From contig JAZLJG010000186.1 of NCBI GenBank assembly GCA_045617745.1, positions 3,445-67,444 of the forward strand: 64,000 bases of DNA, read 5' to 3'. Every line of letters starts with the position of its first letter. The stretch's first letter is position 1. The notes below the pieces were generated by a model, which was given only the letters and a program-made list of their open reading frames with translations, was not told the DNA's origin and made no database searches. Below, piece after piece: positions 58,817 to 64,000 of the stretch. The DNA is from Lachnospiraceae bacterium. GTDB lineage: Bacteria > Bacillota > Clostridia > Lachnospirales > Lachnospiraceae. The position numbers and the translations under genes are program-made.

Positions 58817-59605
58817 CTAATAATCAGCTTTTTCCAGGAGTTTCCCGATGACTAAAAAGTTATATCCGGTTTTTCCGGGAGCGGATGTAAGCAGAGTAAC
58901 ATACGGAGTTTCGGGGGAATATAAGGTTTCTTCGAACAAAAGGGCGTTATCGGAGCCACGTCTCTTTTCCACCACATCCAAAAAGTTTTTGTTCCCCTCG
59001 AAGGTAGAAAAGTCAAAGAAGTTTTCTATATCGGTGTCGGGATATTCCAGTACCGCCACAATTTCGTAGACGTACTGCTTTGAGGGCGCGTAAAGGGTAA
59101 ACACGCGGTTTTGAACACAGAAATCAATATTTTGGAAAGACAGAAGAGTAGAGAAAAACTCCTTGCTGTTTTCGGAATATGCGCCATATATAAAAAGATT
59201 TGGCTTGGATAAATTGTTTCCCGAAGAATTTATGAAGCCATTGTCTTTTCCGGGAGTTTTCAACATGTGGACAGGGTAGTCTACGGATGTTCCGGGAACT
59301 TCAAGCCAGGCGAAAATGTTTTCGTCGGATTCCTTTAACAATTCAAAATCGTAGGGACAATGGTTTCCTTCAGAGGAAATATCAGAGGGCTTTCTGAAGA
59401 AGGATATTAAGAAGCATATCGCAACAATCAAAAGAACAATACAGGCAAGAAATCCTGTAACGTATCCGATAACGGTTTTTTTCGGATACTTGGAAAGCCT
59501 TCTTTTGACAACAAGGTTAAAGGCTTTTATATAGATTTTCCCACGTCGGAAGAAAACTATTAAGTGGGCAAGAACATAAACAATTATCTTTTTAAGTGTT
59601 TCCAT
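58817..59605 (-). CDS. Class B sortase-like protein, catalytic residues absent
   Basis: TM anchor, AWLEVPGTSVDYPV, IYGA, YEI.AV, VTLLTS, FLVIGKL. Confidence 0.75.
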   Translation of the reverse strand: METLKKIIVYVLAHLIVFFRRGKIYIKAFNLVVKRRLSKYPKKTVIGYVTGFLACIVLLIVAICFLISFFRKPSDISSEGNHCPYDFELLKESDENIFAWLEVPGTSVDYPVHMLKTPGKDNGFINSSGNNLSKPNLFIYGAYSENSKEFFSTLLSFQNIDFCVQNRVFTLYAPSKQYVYEIVAVLEYPDTDIENFFDFSTFEGNKNFLDVVEKRRGSDNALLFEETLYSPETPYVTLLTSAPGKTGYNFLVIGKLLEKADY

Positions 59606-59708
59606 TTACTTCCCCGAATTATTTAAATATCTTAATAATTACTACATCCTATTTTAAATAGTTACGCCTATAATGGCAATAGAATAAAATGGTACTTATG
59701 GAGGAGAT

Positions 59709-60932
59709 ATGTTAAAAAGATTAAAAGAAAAGCCTTTGGGTTTAGCATTATGTATAGGTCTGATTCTGTGGTTAATCTTCATGGTGAACGTTTTTGTTAC
59801 ATATATTATTCCGGAAAACAGACCTAACGAGCTTCTTTTGTGGATTCTGGTGGGTATCTTTTTACTGATGCCGATTTTGCTGTTTACGGGAGAACTGTTT
59901 TCACTTGTAGCCGCATTAAGAGGAAAGAAGTTTAGCAGAAGGGGTGCATTTGCATTTGATATTGCAACGTTCTTTTTCGGATATGTATATGAGTGGATAT
60001 ATATGGGGCTTGTAAGCGAAGTTATTTTTGAGGACTGGTTTGCACAGCTTTACAATAATGAGGTCCACACTCCGGTAAATACTCAGACATGGCTTACGGT
60101 GGGTGTTCTTTTGGCTGTTTCCATTGCAGGTTACATTTTCTGGAATTTAAGACCCCTCAGTAAAACGCCTCCGCTTTTATCTGTTTTGTGTATTGGTGCC
60201 ATTTATATGGGACCTATCTTAAATATTATTTTTACGATTCAGTATTTCAGAAGTGAGGAAGATATTCCCATGCTGATACTTCCCGTTTGTATGGTGTTTA
60301 TGACTGTAAGAACCATACTGGTGAAGGTACGGGAGTGGGAAGAATACGATATTTCCAACGAAAAGATTTCAAAGAACTGTTTTTTGCAGGTCTGCAATGA
60401 CTTATTGTACGATTCGAAGAAGTGGCCTCTTTTAGGGCTTGTGGCAATGCTTCCTTTGTTAGGGGTTATTATCGGAATTCTTGTGCTTTTCGGTCAGGCT
60501 CCGGATTCGGTTGTAAGAGCTTTTACGGAAACGGCTGACTGGAATCTTTCGCAGATGGAGGGCCCGCAGAATGTTATTAAAGATGAGCACTATCTTTGCA
60601 CGGTTGCGGCGGGTGGCCACCAAAAGGTTGTTAAACCCCAGCGTTACGGCGTACGCCATGGACACAGGGTTATAGTAAACAGGCAGCTTTGTGTGGCAAA
60701 TGCTTTCGAACAGGTTTTGGAAGAAAGAACACCTAAGTTTCATAAGAGGGTAAGACATTTCTATGATACTTACGGATTTCCCATTGCGAAGCTTATCAAA
60801 ACAAAAACAGCCGCTGACATAGTTTACTTTATCATGAAGCCTTTGGAATGGATTTTTCTAATCGTGCTTTATCTTACGGATGTTAAGCCTGAGAACAGGA
60901 TTGCGGTTCAGTATATGGGAACAGTGAAGTAA
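59709..60932 (+). CDS. DUF6688-like membrane protein
   Basis: About 7 TMs, FGQ.PDS...AFTETADW, HYLCTVAAGGH, NRQLC.ANAFE, MKPLEW. Confidence 0.7.
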   Translation: MLKRLKEKPLGLALCIGLILWLIFMVNVFVTYIIPENRPNELLLWILVGIFLLMPILLFTGELFSLVAALRGKKFSRRGAFAFDIATFFFGYVYEWIYMGLVSEVIFEDWFAQLYNNEVHTPVNTQTWLTVGVLLAVSIAGYIFWNLRPLSKTPPLLSVLCIGAIYMGPILNIIFTIQYFRSEEDIPMLILPVCMVFMTVRTILVKVREWEEYDISNEKISKNCFLQVCNDLLYDSKKWPLLGLVAMLPLLGVIIGILVLFGQAPDSVVRAFTETADWNLSQMEGPQNVIKDEHYLCTVAAGGHQKVVKPQRYGVRHGHRVIVNRQLCVANAFEQVLEERTPKFHKRVRHFYDTYGFPIAKLIKTKTAADIVYFIMKPLEWIFLIVLYLTDVKPENRIAVQYMGTVK

Positions 60933-60964
60933 CAGTTTTACAGCATATATAACGCGCGTTTTTT

Positions 60965-60995
60965 AAAAGAGCCCTCGAAGGAGGGCTCTTTTTTT
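60965..60995. terminator. Bidirectional terminator
   Basis: AAAAGAGCCCTC/GAGGGCTCTTTT between convergent genes. Confidence 0.85.
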
Positions 60996-61047
60996 GAAAC
61001 ATTCTGAAAGTTAAATTATGATTTATACTGTCGGTTTTAGAGTGATT

Positions 61048-62289
61048 TTATGGGCCGAACAAAGCATTCAGGATTTTTCGAAAGAATGAAACTTTCTTTG
61101 CAGGCTTCAAAAATTCCTCTATTGACATGTTTTCAACATTGTCCATAAAGAGTGTATCAACCTCTTCAGATATGGGCGTATTATATCCGTTCAGTGTGTA
61201 CCATATATTGTAGTATTGTCCGGATACTACGTTTGAAAAACTGTATTTGTGGTAGTAATAATCCTGGTCTTCTCTGTAGAACCTGGACTCTGCTCCGTAT
61301 TTTCCCCAAAGAAATCCTTTGCTGAAGGTAAGGTCCTGTGTGCCGTTGGCAAAAACCAGCGGATATGTTTTTTTAAAAAGTTTATCCGGCATGTCGGTTT
61401 CCCGAAGGATGGTGTCAAGGGCATCTGTGGGGTAAGCTTTTATATCTATTTCATACTTATAGTCGTCACTTATTATGCGGGCTACCCGAGGGGCAGTTTC
61501 AAAGGTTTCATGTATGTAGTCAAATGAACCGCGGAACTGGCTGTAAAATTGTTTTGTAACGTAGTCACCATCATTTGTAAATACTGAGAATCCTTCGGGT
61601 ATTTTCACATTGTATATTCCAAAATCGGGGAAATCCATTACTTCGGGGACCGGTTTGAGATTGAGACTGTCTATGGTTGACTCCTGAATAACAGTGTTTC
61701 GGACCAGCTGATCGAGAACGATGCTTTCTCCATTTGTCCTTTCCCTTCCACTGATTATTTGCGTAAAAATGATGCTATAGTATTTTCCGGAAGTGGCGGT
61801 ATGAAAGAAGACAACGTAATAGTATTCGTCTGAGGCAACATAGTGGTAATTTTTTGCAAGACAGTATTTACCACCGATTTCATATTTCGATACAGAACAA
61901 TTATCAGTACCTTCAGGGGTAAAAACATATTTTTCGTAAAACATTTCTTCTGAAATAAGTTCCAGGTCTTCTCTGAAAGCAGGAGCTTCCGGCTCGGAAT
62001 ATTGTACGTATATTTTTGAATCGGGTTCTTCGGGGAAAAGTATGAGCAGAATCTTTTGCTGTTCCATCACTTTCTGGGCAGCGACGGAATAGTCAAGTGA
62101 ATTTCTGTGAAAGTTTTCGGGAGCGAAGACATCACTTTTGGTCATTGCGCAGTAGCCTTCCGGAACGGTAAGCTTTTTTATTCCGTATTGGGAAAAACCA
62201 AGACTTGTAGTGGAAGCGTGTGCTTTGACCGGAAAAATAAGTATAAAAAGAAAAGTTCCGATAAAAAGAAACTTCTTTAAAGAATTCAT
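61048..62289 (-). CDS. Secreted hypothetical protein with two tandem homologous domains
   Basis: Signal peptide ending VKAHA; GGAGGG RBS; internal repeat. Confidence 0.75.
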   Translation of the reverse strand: MNSLKKFLFIGTFLFILIFPVKAHASTTSLGFSQYGIKKLTVPEGYCAMTKSDVFAPENFHRNSLDYSVAAQKVMEQQKILLILFPEEPDSKIYVQYSEPEAPAFREDLELISEEMFYEKYVFTPEGTDNCSVSKYEIGGKYCLAKNYHYVASDEYYYVVFFHTATSGKYYSIIFTQIISGRERTNGESIVLDQLVRNTVIQESTIDSLNLKPVPEVMDFPDFGIYNVKIPEGFSVFTNDGDYVTKQFYSQFRGSFDYIHETFETAPRVARIISDDYKYEIDIKAYPTDALDTILRETDMPDKLFKKTYPLVFANGTQDLTFSKGFLWGKYGAESRFYREDQDYYYHKYSFSNVVSGQYYNIWYTLNGYNTPISEEVDTLFMDNVENMSIEEFLKPAKKVSFFRKILNALFGP

Positions 62290-62360
62290 ATGATACCCTC
62301 CATAACCTTATAGCAGTTTAAAGAATAGCATAATTTGTGGCCGGTGTAAATTCGAAGTCC

Positions 62361-62422
62361 GGTGAGTAGGAACCTGTCCCTAATTCGCCAAATGGCGAAT
62401 AGGAACCCGTCCCCGATTCGCC
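62361..62422. repeat. Two tandem 29-bp REP-like repeats
   Basis: GGTGAGTAGGAACCTGTCCCTAATTCGCC (62361-62389) and GGCGAATAGGAACCCGTCCCCGATTCGCC (62394-62422). Confidence 0.75.
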
Positions 62423-62425
62423 TAC

Positions 62426-62463
62426 TTGACAAAATGCTATTTTGTGATATCATTTTGATATCA
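62426..62463 (+). promoter_or_regulatory. Promoter of ABC operon overlapped by double TGATATCA box
   Basis: TTGACA 62426, TG-A-TATCAT 62445-62453; TGATATCA at 62445 and 62456. Confidence 0.6.
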
Positions 62464-62504
62464 AGAAAAATACGTGATGAGTTTCTAAAAGGAGAAAGAT
62501 AGCA

Positions 62505-63224
62505 ATGAGCGTACTTGAAATAAAGAATTTTTCAAAGGTATACGGTGAAGGCAAGAAGGCTGCGGACAATGTGTCCATTATCGTAGAAAGTGGAGATATA
62601 TACGGTTTTATAGGTCACAACGGAGCAGGTAAATCCACCACCATAAGAGCGGTTGTGGGTGTTCTGGATTTTACGGAAGGTGAAATTTTAATTGACGGGC
62701 ATTCGGTAAAGAATGAGCCCATGGAATGCAAGAAGGTTACTGCTTATATTCCCGATAACCCGGATCTTTATGAAAACCTTACCGGAATACAATATTTAAA
62801 TTTTATAGCTGATGTGTTTGATATAAGTGCGGAAGACAGAACCGAGCGAATCAAAAAGTACGGTGATATGTTTGAAATCACGGAAAGCCTCGGAGACCTG
62901 ATCGGTTCCTTCTCACATGGTATGAAGCAGAAGGTTGCCATTATTTCGGCACTTATTCATGAGCCGAAGCTTCTGGTTCTTGATGAGCCTTTTGTGGGTC
63001 TTGATCCCAAGGCTTCATATACTCTTAAGGAAGTGATGAGAGAAATGTGTGAAAAGGGTTCAGCGGTTTTCTTTTCCACACATGTTCTGGATGTGGCTGA
63101 AAAGCTTTGTAATAAGGTGGCAATCATCAAGCAGGGAAAAATCATTGATGCGGGCCTGATGGAAGATTTAACAAAGGGCCAGTCACTTGAGGAAGTGTTC
63201 CTGGAGGTTGTTGATGAAAAATAA
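62505..63224 (+). CDS. ABC-2 type exporter ATP-binding protein
   Basis: GHNGAGKST, FSHGMKQK, LDEPFVGLDP, STH. Confidence 0.93.
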   Translation: MSVLEIKNFSKVYGEGKKAADNVSIIVESGDIYGFIGHNGAGKSTTIRAVVGVLDFTEGEILIDGHSVKNEPMECKKVTAYIPDNPDLYENLTGIQYLNFIADVFDISAEDRTERIKKYGDMFEITESLGDLIGSFSHGMKQKVAIISALIHEPKLLVLDEPFVGLDPKASYTLKEVMREMCEKGSAVFFSTHVLDVAEKLCNKVAIIKQGKIIDAGLMEDLTKGQSLEEVFLEVVDEK

Positions 63225-64000
63225 AAATGTTGTGTTATTAAAGGCTTTCGTAAAGTCCACAAGCCTTTTTAACCTTTTAAAATACAGCAAGGATAAGAAA
63301 AAGAAAGGTAACGCAATAGGTTCCCTGGTGGGCCTGTCAATTCTTTATCTGTTCCTTATGGGCTACTGCGTTTTGAACAGTATCGGGTTCGGGACCTTTG
63401 GAATGGCTTCGGCGATACCGATTCTAAATGCAATACTCATTTCGGGAATGTCCTTCATTTTTACGATTCTGAAGGCAAACGCTTACATATTCGAATTCAA
63501 AGAATACGATATGATTGTTTCCCTTCCCTTTAACGTAAAGACAATAGTGGCAGACAAGTTTTTATATATGTACATAAAGAACCTGCCCTGGAATTTAAGT
63601 ATTTCAGTAGCGTTTCTTGTGGGCTACGGGGTTAGCGAAAGACCTGCGCTGATAGTTTATCCTTTGTGGATAATTCTTTCATTGTTTCTTCCGGTTATCC
63701 CCATGGTTTTTGCAACGTTTTTAGGTTTCCTGATTGCGAAAATCGGAGCAGGGGCAAAAAAGCATACAAAAGCCATTCAGATGGTCCTTGTAATGGCTGT
63801 TGTCATTCTTTCGTTTTCTATGAGATTTATCATCGAAGGGGTGTTTAAAAACAACGAACTGGAAGATGTTATGGGAAATATGTCGGATATTACCGTTAAT
63901 ATTTCCACATACTATTTCCCCGCTGAGTGGTTTGCGGATGGTGCTACAAAGCCTGAAGTGGGAAGCATTCTTCTTTTGATCGGCTCGTCTGTACTGCTTT
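63214..64000 (+). CDS. ABC-2 type permease (partial; runs off window end)
   Basis: ATG 63214 overlapping ATPase end; MKNKNVVLLKAFVKSTS...KEYDMIVSLPF... multi-TM. Confidence 0.8.
   Translation, partial: MKNKNVVLLKAFVKSTSLFNLLKYSKDKKKKGNAIGSLVGLSILYLFLMGYCVLNSIGFGTFGMASAIPILNAILISGMSFIFTILKANAYIFEFKEYDMIVSLPFNVKTIVADKFLYMYIKNLPWNLSISVAFLVGYGVSERPALIVYPLWIILSLFLPVIPMVFATFLGFLIAKIGAGAKKHTKAIQMVLVMAVVILSFSMRFIIEGVFKNNELEDVMGNMSDITVNISTYYFPAEWFADGATKPEVGSILLLIGSSVLL

Overview
Low-GC Firmicute chromosomal window; gene content (GH10 lipoprotein, GH31, iorAB-paaK-ACT, liv, many hybrid kinases and c-di-GMP enzymes) suggests a rumen/gut Lachnospiraceae-like organism (inference). Left part (1-10.9 kb): a cell-surface glycosylation locus (CapD-like dehydratase, GT-C-like membrane proteins, polyprenol-P GT2, GtrA, two BcbE-like nucleotidyltransferases, HAD, GDPD-like, cupin). 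Middle: signalling and metabolic genes, a DUF1538 + two P-II-like module, and a pseudo-kinase/kinase/NarL trio next to an SPFH/zinc-ribbon operon. Right part: aspS, livKHMGF, iorAB-paaK-ACT and several unknowns. I saw no rRNA, tRNA, CRISPR array, integrase or transposase. The most striking unexplained structure is a ~385-bp non-coding array at 42367-42751: six TCATCG-N23-CGATGA units with mirror-symmetric spacing (61, 62, 104, 62, 61 bp), lying between convergent genes. Other notable items: a sortase-B homolog lacking its catalytic triad, a HisKA-receiver protein with no ATPase domain, shared 20-bp operator-like boxes at livK and iorA, and a gene split by one in-frame TAA. All family calls come from motif recognition by eye, not database searches.
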